A stretch of 64,000 nucleotides of DNA from Antedon mediterranea (GCF_964355755.1 NC_092676.1:12882771-12946770), one strand, 5' to 3'. Positions 1 through 12,475 are shown, counted from the stretch's first letter. Numbers and translations: made by a program. The notes: generated by a model from the sequence alone, not told the origin.

Positions 1-165
1 TTTTAGACCATTTTTTGCATTTCGATGAAACTTGGTTACACAAAAAAATCAAAGTGCTTAAAATCACATTTGAAACCGTTTTAGAGCATTTTGAGCATTT
101 CGATAAAACTTTTCACACAAAAACATCAAAGTGTACAAAATAGCTTCAAATCGCATTTAGAGACG

Positions 166-253
166 TTTTAGACCATTTTGTGCATTTCGAAAAAATTTGT
201 TAACATAAAAAGACCAAAGTGTTTAGAATATCTCCAAATCGCATTTGGAGACG
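166..253 (+). repeat. Example type C monomer (88 bp)
   Basis: Diagnostic segment CGAAAAAATTTGTTAACATAAAAAGACCAAAGTGTTTAGAATATCTCCAAATC. It supplies the start of the recurring 'MCISKKFVNIK' pseudo-ORF. Subtype C' has CGATAAAATGTGTTAAC. Confidence 0.95.
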
Positions 254-331
254 TTTTAGACCATTTTGTGCATTTCGATGAAACTTGGTTACACAAAAAC
301 ATCAAAGTGCTTAAAATCACATTTGAAACCG
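254..331 (+). repeat. Example type B monomer (78 bp)
   Basis: GATGAAACTTGGTTACAC (+1 bp vs A) and AAAGTG^CTTAAAATCAC (10-bp deletion of TACAAAATAG): 87+1-10=78. Confidence 0.95.
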
Positions 332-1096
332 TTTTAGAGCATTTTTAGCATTTCGATAATACTTTTCACACAAAAACATCAAAGTGTACAAAATAGCTTC
401 AAATCGCATTTGGAGACGTTTTAGACCATTTTGTGCATTTCGATGAAACTTGGTTACACAAAAACATCAAAGTGCTTAAAATCACATTTGAAACCGTTTT
501 AGACCATTTTGAGCATTTCGATAAAACTTTTCACACAAAAAAATCAAAGTGCACAAAATAGCTTCAAATCGCATTTGGAGACGTTTTAGACTATTTTGTG
601 CATTTTGAAAAAATTTGTTAACATAAAAAGACCAAAGTGTTTAGAATATCTCCAAATCGCATTTGGAGACGTTTTAAACCATTTTGTGCATTTCGATGGA
701 ACTTGGTTACACAAAAACATCAAAGTGCTTAAAATCACATTTAAAACCGTTTTAGAGCATTTTGAGCATTTCGATAAAACTTTTCACACAAAAACATCAA
801 AGTGTACAAAATAGCTTCAAATCGCATTTAGAGACGTTTTAGACCATTTTGTGCATTTCGATAAAACTTTTCACACAAAAACATCAAATTGCACAAATAG
901 CTTAATACCGTGTTTGAAATCGTTTTAAACCATTTTGAGCATGTCGATAAAACTTTTCACAAAAAAACATCAAAGTGCACAGAATAGCTTCAAATCGCAT
1001 TTGGAGACGTTTTAAACCATTTTGTGCATTTCGATAAAACTTTTCACATAAAAACAACAAAGTGTACAAAATAGCTTCAAATCGCATTTGGAGACG

Positions 1097-1160
1097 TTTT
1101 AGACCATTTTGTGCATTTCGATGAAACTCATCAAAGTGCTTAAAATCACATTTGAAACCG
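1097..1160 (+). repeat. Truncated B monomer (64 bp); also at 5504, 14625, 29787, 40789, 59944
   Basis: GATGAAACT^CATCAAAGTGC is type B lacking the 14 bp TGGTTACACAAAAA. Confidence 0.93.
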
Positions 1161-2178
1161 TTTTAGAGCATTTTGAGCATTTCGATAAAACTTTTCACAC
1201 AAAAACATCAAAGTGTACAAAATAGCTTCAAATCACATTTGAAACCGTTTTAGACCATATTGAGCATTTCGATAAAACTTTTCACACAAAAACATCAAAG
1301 TGTACAAAATAGCTTCAAATCGCATTTGGAGACGTTTTAGACCATTTTGTGTATTTCGATGAAACTTGGTTACACAAAAACATCAAAGTGCTTAAAATCA
1401 CATTTGAAAGCGTTTTAGAGCATTTTTAGCATTTCGATAATACTTTTCACACAAAAACATCAAAGTGTACAAAATAGCTTCAAATCGCATTTGGAGACGT
1501 TTTAGACCATTTTGTGCATTTCGATGAAACTTGGTTACACAAAAACATCAAAGTGCTTAAAATCACATTTAAAACAGTTTTAGAGCATTTTGAGCATTTC
1601 GATAAAACTTTTCACACAAAAACATCAAAGTGTACAAAATAGCTTCAAATCGCATTTAAAGAGGATTTAGACCATTTTGTGCATTTCGATAAAACTTTTC
1701 ACACAAAAACATCAAAGTGTACAAAATAGCTTCAAATCGCATTTAGAGACGTTTTAGACCATCTTGTGCATTTCGATAAAACTTTTCACACAAAAACATC
1801 AAATTGCACAAAATAGCTTAATATCGTGTTTGAAAACGTTTTAAACCATTTTGAGCATGTCGATAAAACTTTTCACACAAAAATATCAAAGTGCACAGAA
1901 TATCTTCAAATCGCATTTAGAGACGTTTTAGACCATTTTGTGCATTTCGAAAAAATTTGTTAACATAAAAAGACCAAAGTGTTTAGAATATCTCCAAATC
2001 GCATTTGGAGACGTTTTAGACCATTTTGTGCATTTCAATGAAACTTGGTTACACAAAAACATCAAAGTGCTTAAAATCACATTTGAAACCGTTTTAGAGC
2101 ATTTTTAGCATTTCGATAATACTTTTCACACAAAAACATCAAAGTGTACAAAATAGCTTCAAATCGCATTTAGAGAGG

Positions 2179-2265
2179 TTTTAGACCATTTTGTGCATTT
2201 CGATAAAACTTTTCACACAAAAACATCAAAGTGTACAAAATAGCTTCAAATCGCATTTAGAGACG
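2179..2265 (+). repeat. Example type A monomer (87 bp, consensus form)
   Basis: Matches the array consensus; 27/87 G+C and three CpG dinucleotides. Confidence 0.95.
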
Positions 2266-2439
2266 TTTTAGACCATTTTGTGCATTTCGATAAAACTTTT
2301 CACACAAAAACATCAAATTGCACAAAATAGCTTAATACCGTGTTTGAAATCGTTTTAAACCATTTTGAGCATGTCGATAAAACTTTTCACAAAAAAACAT
2401 CAAAGTGCACAGAATAGCTTCAAATCGCATTTGGAGACG
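2266..2439 (+). repeat. Example D-E monomer pair (87+87 bp)
   Basis: D ends CAAATTGCACAAAATAGCTTAATA(C/T)CGTGTTTGAAA(T/A)CG. E begins TTTTAAACCATTTTGAGCATGTCGA and usually carries GCACAGAATA. Confidence 0.93.
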
Positions 2440-3531
2440 TTTTAAACCATTTTGAGCATTTCGATAAAACTTTTCACACAAAAACATCAAAGTGTACAAA
2501 ATAGCTTCAAATCGCATTTAGAGAGGTTTTAGACCATTTTGTGCATTTCGATAAAACTTTTCACACAAAAACATCAAATTGCACAAAATAGCTTAATATC
2601 GTGTTTGAAAACGTTTTAAACCATTTTGAGCATGTCGATAAAACTTTTCACACAAAAATATCAAAGCGCACAGAATATCTTCAAATCGCATTTAGTCTTC
2701 AAATCGTTTTAGACCATTTTGTGCATTTCGAAAAAATTTGTTAACATAAAAAGACCAAAGTGTTTAGAATATCTCCAAATCGCATTTGGAGACGTTTTAG
2801 ACCATTTTGTGCATTTCGATGAAACTTGATTACACAAAAACATCAAAGTGCTTAAAATCACATTTAAAACCGTTTTAGAGCGTTTTGAGCATTTCGATAA
2901 ACTTTTCACACAAAAACATCAAAGTGCACAAAATAGCTTCAAATCGCATTTAGAGATGTTTTAGACCATTTTGTGCATTTCGATAAAACTTTTCACACAA
3001 AAACATCAAATTGCACAAAATAGCTTAATATCGTGTTTGAAATCGTTTTAAACCATTTTGAGCATGTCGATAAAACTTTTCACACAAAAACATCAAAGTG
3101 CACAGAATATCTTCAAATCGCATTTAGAGACGTTTTAGACCATTTTGTGCATTTCGAAAAAATTTGTTAACATAAAAAGACCAAAGTGTTTAGAATATCT
3201 CCAAATCGCATTTGGAGACGTTTTAGACCATTTTGTGCATTTCGATGAAACTTGGTTACACAAAAACATCAAAGTGCTTAAAATCACATTTGAAACCGTT
3301 TTAGAGCATTTTGAGCATTTCGATAAAACTTTTCACACAAAAACATCAAAGTGTACAAAATAGCTTCAAATCACATTTGAAACCGTTTTAGACCATTTTG
3401 AGCATTTCGATAAAACTTTTCACACAAAAACATCAAAGTGTACAAAATAGCTTCAAATCGCATTTGGAGACGTTTTAGACCATTTTGTGCATTTCGATAA
3501 AACTTTTCACACAAAAACATAAAATTGCACA

Positions 3532-3571
3532 AAATCGTTTTAAACCATTTTAAATCGTTTTAAACCATTTT
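3532..3571 (+). repeat. 20-bp tandem duplication (AAATCGTTTTAAACCATTTT)x2 in a rearranged D monomer; 15 copies in window
   Basis: Seen at 3532, 4208, 10561, 11237, 13085, 19682, 20193, 28247, 34844, 35355, 39249, 45846, 46357, 50350 and 58404. Confidence 0.92.
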
Positions 3572-6500
3572 GAGCATGTCGATAAAACTTTTCACAAAAA
3601 ACATCAAAGTGCACAGAATAGCTTCAAATTGCATTTGGAGACGTTTTAGAGCATTTTGTGCATTTCGATAAAATGTGTTAACATAAAAAGACCAAAGTGT
3701 TTAGAATATCTTCAAATCACATTTGGAGACGTTTTAGACCATTTTTTGCATTTCGATGAAACTTGGTTACACAAAAACATCAAAGTGCTTAAAATCACAT
3801 TTGAAACCGTTTTAGAGCATTTTGAGCATTTCGATAAAACTTTTCACACAAAAACATCAAAGTGTACAAAATAGCTTCAAATCGCATTTAGAGACGTTTT
3901 AGACCATTTTTTGCATTTCGATGAAACTTGGTTACACAAAAACATCAAAGTGCTTAAAATCACATTTAAAACCGTTTTAGAGCATTTTTAGCATTTCGAT
4001 AAAACTTTTCACACAAAAACATCAAAGTGTACAAAATAGCTTCAAATCGCATTTAGAGAGGTTTTAGACAATTTTGTGCATTTCGATAAAACTTTTCACA
4101 CAAAAACATCAAAGTGTACAAAATAGCTTCAAATTGCATTTAGAGACGTTTTAGACCATTTTGTGCATTTCGATAAAACTTTTCACACAAAAACATCAAA
4201 TTGCACAAAATCGTTTTAAACCATTTTAAATCGTTTTAAACCATTTTGAGCATTTCGATAAAACTTTTCACAAAAAACATCAAAGTGCACAGAATAGCTT
4301 CAAATTGCATTTGGAGACGTTTTAGAGCATTTTGTGCATTTCGATAAAATGTGTTAACATAAAAAGACCAAAGTGTTTAGAATATCTTCAAATCACATTT
4401 GGAGACGTTTTAGACCATTTTTTGCATTTCGATGAAACTTGGTTACACAAAAAAATCAAAGTGCTTAAAATCACATTTGAAACCGTTTTAGAGCATTTTG
4501 AGCATTTCGATAAAACTTTTCACACAAAAACATCAAAGTGTACAAAATAGCTTCAAATCGCATTTAGAGACGTTTTAGACCATTTTGTGCATTTCGAAAA
4601 AATTTGTTAACATAAAAAGACCAAAGTGTTTAGAATATCTCCAAATCGCATTTGGAGACGTTTTAGACCATTTTGTGCATTTCGATGAAACTTGGTTACA
4701 CAAAAACATCAAAGTGCTTAAAATCACATTTGAAACCGTTTTAGAGCATTTTTAGCATTTCGATAATACTTTTCACACAAAAACATCAAAGTGTACAAAA
4801 TAGCTTCAAATCGCATTTGGAGACGTTTTAGACCATTTTGTGCATTTCGATGAAACTTGGTTACACAAAAACATCAAAGTGCTTAAAATCACATTTGAAA
4901 CCGTTTTAGACCATTTTGAGCATTTCGATAAAACTTTTCACACAAAAAAATCAAAGTGCACAAAATAGCTTCAAATCGCATTTGGAGACGTTTTAGACTA
5001 TTTTGTGCATTTTGAAAAAATTTGTTAACATAAAAAGACCAAAGTGTTTAGAATATCTCCAAATCGCATTTGGAGACGTTTTAAACCATTTTGTGCATTT
5101 CGATGGAACTTGGTTACACAAAAACATCAAAGTGCTTAAAATCACATTTAAAACCGTTTTAGAGCATTTTGAGCATTTCGATAAAACTTTTCACACAAAA
5201 ACATCAAAGTGTACAAAATAGCTTCAAATCGCATTTAGAGACGTTTTAGACCATTTTGTGCATTTCGATAAAACTTTTCACACAAAAACATCAAATTGCA
5301 CAAATAGCTTAATACCGTGTTTGAAATCGTTTTAAACCATTTTGAGCATGTCGATAAAACTTTTCACAAAAAAACATCAAAGTGCACAGAATAGCTTCAA
5401 ATCGCATTTGGAGACGTTTTAAACCATTTTGTGCATTTCGATAAAACTTTTCACATAAAAACAACAAAGTGTACAAAATAGCTTCAAATCGCATTTGGAG
5501 ACGTTTTAGACCATTTTGTGCATTTCGATGAAACTCATCAAAGTGCTTAAAATCACATTTGAAACCGTTTTAGAGCATTTTGAGCATTTCGATAAAACTT
5601 TTCACACAAAAACATCAAAGTGTACAAAATAGCTTCAAATCACATTTGAAACCGTTTTAGACCATATTGAGCATTTCGATAAAACTTTTCACACAAAAAC
5701 ATCAAAGTGTACAAAATAGCTTCAAATCGCATTTGGAGACGTTTTAGACCATTTTGTGTATTTCGATGAAACTTGGTTACACAAAAACATCAAAGTGCTT
5801 AAAATCACATTTGAAAGCGTTTTAGAGCATTTTTAGCATTTCGATAATACTTTTCACACAAAAACATCAAAGTGTACAAAATAGCTTCAAATCGCATTTG
5901 GAGACGTTTTAGACCATTTTGTGCATTTCGATGAAACTTGGTTACACAAAAACATCAAAGTGCTTAAAATCACATTTAAAACAGTTTTAGAGCATTTTGA
6001 GCATTTCGATAAAACTTTTCACACAAAAACATCAAAGTGTACAAAATAGCTTCAAATCGCATTTAAAGAGGATTTAGACCATTTTGTGCATTTCGATAAA
6101 ACTTTTCACACAAAAACATCAAAGTGTACAAAATAGCTTCAAATCGCATTTAGAGACGTTTTAGACCATCTTGTGCATTTCGATAAAACTTTTCACACAA
6201 AAACATCAAATTGCACAAAATAGCTTAATATCGTGTTTGAAAACGTTTTAAACCATTTTGAGCATGTCGATAAAACTTTTCACACAAAAATATCAAAGTG
6301 CACAGAATATCTTCAAATCGCATTTAGAGACGTTTTAGACCATTTTGTGCATTTCGAAAAAATTTCTTAACATAAAAAGACCAAAGTGTTTAGAATATCT
6401 CCAAATCGCATTTGGAGACGTTTTAGACCATTTTGTGCATTTCAATGAAACTTGGTTACACAAAAACATCAAAGTGCTTAAAATCACATTTGAAACCGTT

Positions 6501-9500
6501 TTAGAGCATTTTTAGCATTTCGATAATACTTTTCACACAAAAACATCAAAGTGTACAAAATAGCTTCAAATCGCATTTAGAGAGGTTTTAGACCATTTTG
6601 TGCATTTCGATAAAACTTTTCACACAAAAACATCAAAGTGTACAAAATAGCTTCAAATCGCATTTAGAGACGTTTTAGACCATTTTGTGCATTTCGATAA
6701 AACTTTTCACACAAAAACATCAAATTGCACAAAATAGCTTAATACCGTGTTTGAAATCGTTTTAAACCATTTTGAGCATGTCGATAAAACTTTTCACAAA
6801 AAAACATCAAAGTGCACAGAATAGCTTCAAATCGCATTTGGAGACGTTTTAAACCATTTTGAGCATTTCGATAAAACTTTTCACACAAAAACATCAAAGT
6901 GTACAAAATAGCTTCAAATCGCATTTAGAGAGGTTTTAGACCATTTTGTGCATTTCGATAAAACTTTTCACACAAAAACATCAAATTGCACAAAATAGCT
7001 TAATATCGTGTTTGAAAACGTTTTAAACCATTTTGAGCATGTCGATAAAACTTTTCACACAAAAATATCAAAGCGCACAGAATATCTTCAAATCGCATTT
7101 AGAGACGTTTTAGACCATTTTGTGCATTTCGAAAAAATTTGTTAACATAAAAAGACCAAAGTGTTTAGAATATCTCCAAATCGCATTTGGAGACGTTTTA
7201 GACCATTTTGTGCATTTCGATGAAACTTGATTACACAAAAACATCAAAGTGCTTAAAATCACATTTAAAACCGTTTTAGAGCGTTTTGAGCATTTCGATA
7301 AACTTTTCACACAAAAACATCAAAGTGCACAAAATAGCTTCAAATCGCATTTAGAGATGTTTTAGACCATTTTGTGCATTTCGATAAAACTTTTCACACA
7401 AAAACATCAAATTGCACAAAATAGCTTAATATCGTGTTTGAAATCGTTTTAAACCATTTTGAGCATGTCGATAAAACTTTTCACACAAAAACATCAAAGT
7501 GCACAGAATATCTTCAAATCGCATTTAGAGACGTTTTAGACCATTTTGTGCATTTCGAAAAAATTTGTTAACATAAAAAGACCAAAGTGTTTAGAATATC
7601 TCCAAATCGCATTTGGAGACGTCTTAGACCATTTTGTGCATTTCGATGAAACTTGGTTACACAAAAACATCAAAGTGCTTAAAATCACATTTGAAACCGT
7701 TTTAGAGCATTTTGAGCATTTCGATAAAACTTTTCACACAAAAACATCAAAGTGTACAAAATAGCTTCAAATCACATTTGAAACCGTTTTAGACCATTTT
7801 GAGCATTTCGATAAAACTTTTCACACAAAAACATCAAAGTGTACAAAATAGCTTCAAATCGCATTTGGAGACGTTTTAGACCATTTTGTGCATTTCGATG
7901 AAACTTGGTTACACAAAAACATCAAAGTGCTTAAAATCACATTTGAAACCGTTTTAGACCATTTTGAGCATTTCGATAAAACTTTTCACACAAAAAAATC
8001 AAAGTGCACAAAATAGCTTCAAATCGCATTTGGAGACGTTTTAGACTATTTTGTGCATTTCGAAAAAATTTGTTAACATAAAAAGACCAAAGTGTTTAGA
8101 ATATCTCCAAATCGCATTTGGAGACGTTTTAAACCATTTTGTGCATTTCGATGGAACTTGGTTACACAAAAACATCAAAGTGCTTAAAATCACATTTAAA
8201 ACCGTTTTAGAGCATTTTGAGCATTTCGATAAAACTTTTCACACAAAAACATCAAAGTGTACAAAATAGCTTCAAATCGCATTTAGAGACGTTTTAGACC
8301 ATTTTGTGCATTTTGATAAAACTTTTCACACAAAAACATCAAATTGCACAAAATAGCTTAATATTGTGTTTGAAAACGTTTTAAACCATTTTGAGCATGT
8401 CGATAAAACTTTTCACACAAAAATATCAAAGTGCCCAGAATATCTTCAAATCGCATTTAGAGACGTTTTAGACCATTTTGTGCATTTCGAAAAAATTTGT
8501 TAACATAAAAAGACCAAAGTGTTTAGATTATCTCCAAATCGCATTTGGAGACGTTTTAGACCATTTTGTGTTTTTCGAAAAAACTTTTCACACAAAAACA
8601 TCAAAGTGTACAAAATTGCTTCAAATCGCATTTAGAGAGGTTTTAGACCATTTTGTGCATTTCGATAAAACTTTTCACACAAAAACATCAAAGTGCACAG
8701 AATATCTTAATACCGTGTCTGAAATCGTTTTAAACCATTTTGAGCATGTCGATAAAACTTTTCACACAAAAACATCAAAGTGCACAGAATATCTTCAAAT
8801 CGCATTTAGAGACGTTTTAGACCATTTTGTGCATTTCGAAAAAATTTGTTAACATAAAAAGACCAAAGTGTTTAGAATATCTCCAAATCGCATTTGGAGA
8901 CGTTTTAGACCATTTTGTGCATTTCGATGAAACTTGGTTACACAAAAACATCAAAGTGCTTAAAATCACATTTGAAACCGTTTTAGAGCATTTTGAGCAT
9001 TTCGATAAAACTTTTCACACAAAAACATCAAAGTGTACAAAATAGCTTCAAATCACATTTGAAACCGTTTTAGACCATTTTGAGCATTTCGATAAAACTT
9101 TTCACACAAAAACATCAAAGTGTACAGAATAACTTCAAATCGCATTTGGAGACGTTTTAGACCATTTTGTGCATTTCGATGAAACTTGGTTACACAAAAA
9201 CATCAAAGTGCTTAAAATCACATTTGAAACCGTTTTAGAGCATTTTTAACATTTCGATAATACTTTTCACACAAAAACATCAAAGTGTACAAAATAGCTT
9301 CAAATCGCATTTGGAGACGTTTTAGACCATTTTGTGCATTTCGATGAAACTTGGTTACACAAAAACATCAAAGTGCTTAAAATCACATTTGAAACCGTTT
9401 TAGAGCATTTTGAGCATTTCGATAAAACTTTTCACACAAAAAAATCAAAGTGCACAAAATAGCTTCAAATCGCATTTGGAGAGGTTTTAGACCATTTTGT

Positions 9501-12475
9501 GCATTTCGATAAAACTTTTCACACAAAAACATCAAAGTGTACAAAATAGCTTCAAATCGCATTTAGAGACGTTTTAGACCATTTTGTGCATTTCGATGAA
9601 ACTTGGTTACACAAAAACATCAAAGTGCTTAAAATCACATTTAAAACCGTTTTAGAGCGTTTTGAGCATTTCGATAAACTTTTTACACAAAAACATCAAA
9701 GTGCACAAAATAGCTTCAAATCGCATTTAGGGATGTTTTAGACCATTTTGTGCATTTCGATAAAACTTTTCACACAAAAACATCAAATTGCACAAAATAG
9801 CTTAATACCGTGTTTGAAATCATTTTAAACCATTTTGAGCATGTCGATAAAACTTTTCACACAAAAACATCAAAGTGCACAGAATATCTTCAAATCGCAT
9901 TTAGAGACGTTTTAGACCATTTTGTGCATTTCGAAAAAATTTGTTAACATAAAAAGACCAAAGTGTTTAGAATATCTCCAAATCGCATTTGGAGACGTTT
10001 TAGACCATTTTGTGCATTTCGATGAAAATTGGTTACACAAAAACATCAAAGTGCTTAAAATCACATTTGAAACCGTTTTAGTGCATTTTGAGCATTTCGA
10101 TAAAACTTTTCACACAAAAACATCAAAGTGTACAAAATAGCTTCAAATAACATTTGAAACCGTTTTAGACCATTTTGAGCATTTCGATAAAACTTTTCAC
10201 ACAAAAACATCAAAGTGTACAAAATAGCTTCAAATCGCATTTGGAGACGTTTTAGACCATTTTGTGCATTTCGATGAAACTTGGTTACACAAAAACATCA
10301 AAGTGCTTAAAATCACATTTAAAACCGTTTTAGAGCATTTTTAGCATTTCGATAAAACTTTTCACACAAAAACATCAAAGTGTACAAAATAGCTTCAAAT
10401 CGCATTTAGAGAGGTTTTAGACAATTTTGTGCATTTCGATAAAACTTTTCACACAAAAACATCAAAGTGTACAAAATAGCTTCAAATTGCATTTAGAGAC
10501 GTTTTAGACCATTTTGTGCATTTCGATAAAACTTTTCACACAAAAACATCAAATTGCACAAAATCGTTTTAAACCATTTTAAATCGTTTTAAACCATTTT
10601 GAGCATGTCGATAAAACTTTTCACAAAAAACATCAAAGTGCACAGAATAGCTTCAAATTGCATTTGGAGACGTTTTAGAGCATTTTGTGCATTTCGATAA
10701 AATGTGTTAACATAAAAAGACCAAAGTGTTTAGAATATCTTCAAATCACATTTGGAGACGTTTTAGACCATTTTTTGCATTTCGATGAAACTTGGTTACA
10801 CAAAAACATCAAAGTGCTTAAAATCACATTTGAAACCGTTTTAGAGCATTTTGAGCATTTCGATAAAACTTTTCACACAAAAACATCAAAGTGTACAAAA
10901 TAGCTTCAAATCGCATTTAGAGACGTTTTAGACCATTTTTTGCATTTCGATGAAACTTGGTTACACAAAAACATCAAAGTGCTTAAAATCACATTTAAAA
11001 CCGTTTTAGAGCATTTTTAGCATTTCGATAAAACTTTTCACACAAAAACATCAAAGTGTACAAAATAGCTTCAAATCGCATTTAGAGAGGTTTTAGACAA
11101 TTTTGTGCATTTCGATAAAACTTCTCACACAAAAACATCAAAGTGTACAAAATAGCTTCAAATTGCATTTAGAGACGTTTTAGACCATTTTGTGCATTTC
11201 GATAAAACTTTTCACACAAAAACATCAAATTGCACAAAATCGTTTTAAACCATTTTAAATCGTTTTAAACCATTTTGAGCATTTCGATAAAACTTTTCAC
11301 AAAAAACATCAAAGTGTTTAGAATATCTTCAAATCACATTTGGAGACGTTTTAGACCATTTTTTGCATTTCGATGAAACTTGGTTACACAAAAACATAAA
11401 AGTGCTTAAAATCACATTTGAAACCGTTTTAGAGCATTTTGAGCATTTCGATAAAACTTTTCACACAAAAACATCAAAGTGTACAGAATAGCTTCAAATC
11501 GCATTTGGAGACGTTTTAGACCATTTTGTGCATTTCGATGAAACTTGGTTACACAAAAACATCAAAGTGGTTAAAATCACATTTGAAACCGTTTTAGAGC
11601 ATTTTTAACATTTCGATAATACTTTTCACACAAAAACATCAAAGTGTACAAAATAGCTTCAAATCACATTTGAAACCGTTTTAGACCATATTGAGCATTT
11701 CGATAAAACTTTTCACACAAAAACATCAAAGTGTACAAAATAGCTTCAAATCGCATTTGGAGACGTTTTAGACCATTTTGTGCATTTCGATGAAACTTGG
11801 TTACACAAAAACATCAAAGTGCTTAAAATCACATTTGAAAGCGTTTTAGAGCATTTTTAGCATTTCGATAATACTTTTAACACAAAAACATCAAAGTGCA
11901 CAAAATAGCTTCAAATCGCATTTAGAGATGTTTTAGACCATTTTGTGCATTTCGATAAAACTTTTCACACAAAAACATCAAATTGCACAAAATAGCTTAA
12001 TACCGTGTTTGAAATCATTTTAAACCATTTTGAGCATGTCGATAAAACTTTTCACACAAAAACATCAAAGTGTTTAGAATATCTCCAAATCGCATTTGGA
12101 GACGTTTTAGACCATTTTGTGCATTTCGATGAAACTTGGTTACACAAAAACATCAAAGTGCTTAAAATCACATTTGAAACCGTTTTAGAGCATTTTGAGC
12201 ATTTCGATAAAACTTTTCAAACAAAAACATCAAAGTGTACAAAATAGCTTCAAATCACATTTGAAACCGTTTTAGACCATTTTGAGCATTTCGATAAAAC
12301 TTTTCACACAAAAACATCAAAGTGTACAAAATAGCTTCAAATCGCATTTGGAGACGTTTTAGACCATTTTGTGCATTTCGATGAAACTTGGTTACACAAA
12401 AACATCAAAGTGCTTAAAATCACATTTGAAACCGTTTTAGAGCATTTTTAGCATTTCGATAATACTTTTCACACA

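Larger units (their letters stand above)
1..7899 (+). repeat. Duplicated ~3.5 kb block with 4,407-bp period (1-3498 vs 4408-7899)
   Basis: ORF offsets are 596->5003, 902->5309 and 2332->6739 (4407), then 2709->7110 and 3145->7546 (4401, after a 6-bp gain at ~2696). Rare shared markers: CACAAATAG (1-bp deletion), CATAAAAACAACAAAG, AAAGAGGATTTAG. The copies diverge at 3499/7900. Confidence 0.92.

Noticed and set aside
231-257. Hairpin followed by TTTT as a rho-independent terminator
   Set aside because: There is no upstream gene, the stem is AT-rich, the T run is short, and the context is a eukaryote-type satellite.
254-331. Type B +1/-10 indels restore reading frame (78 = 26 codons), suggesting coding constraint
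   Set aside because: There is a one-in-three chance of this by accident. The abundant 88-bp and the 64-, 85- and 86-bp monomers break frame.
2198-2214. CENP-B-box-like motif starting TTTCG....A
   Set aside because: It lacks the essential CGGG half of the nTTCGnnnnAnnCGGGn box.
8478-8852. 124-aa ORF with 29-aa His/Cys-containing repeats, resembling a repeat or zinc-binding protein
   Set aside because: It is open only because 87 is divisible by 3 and three consecutive monomers lack the TAG. The consensus monomer has an in-frame stop, and there is no zinc-finger spacing.
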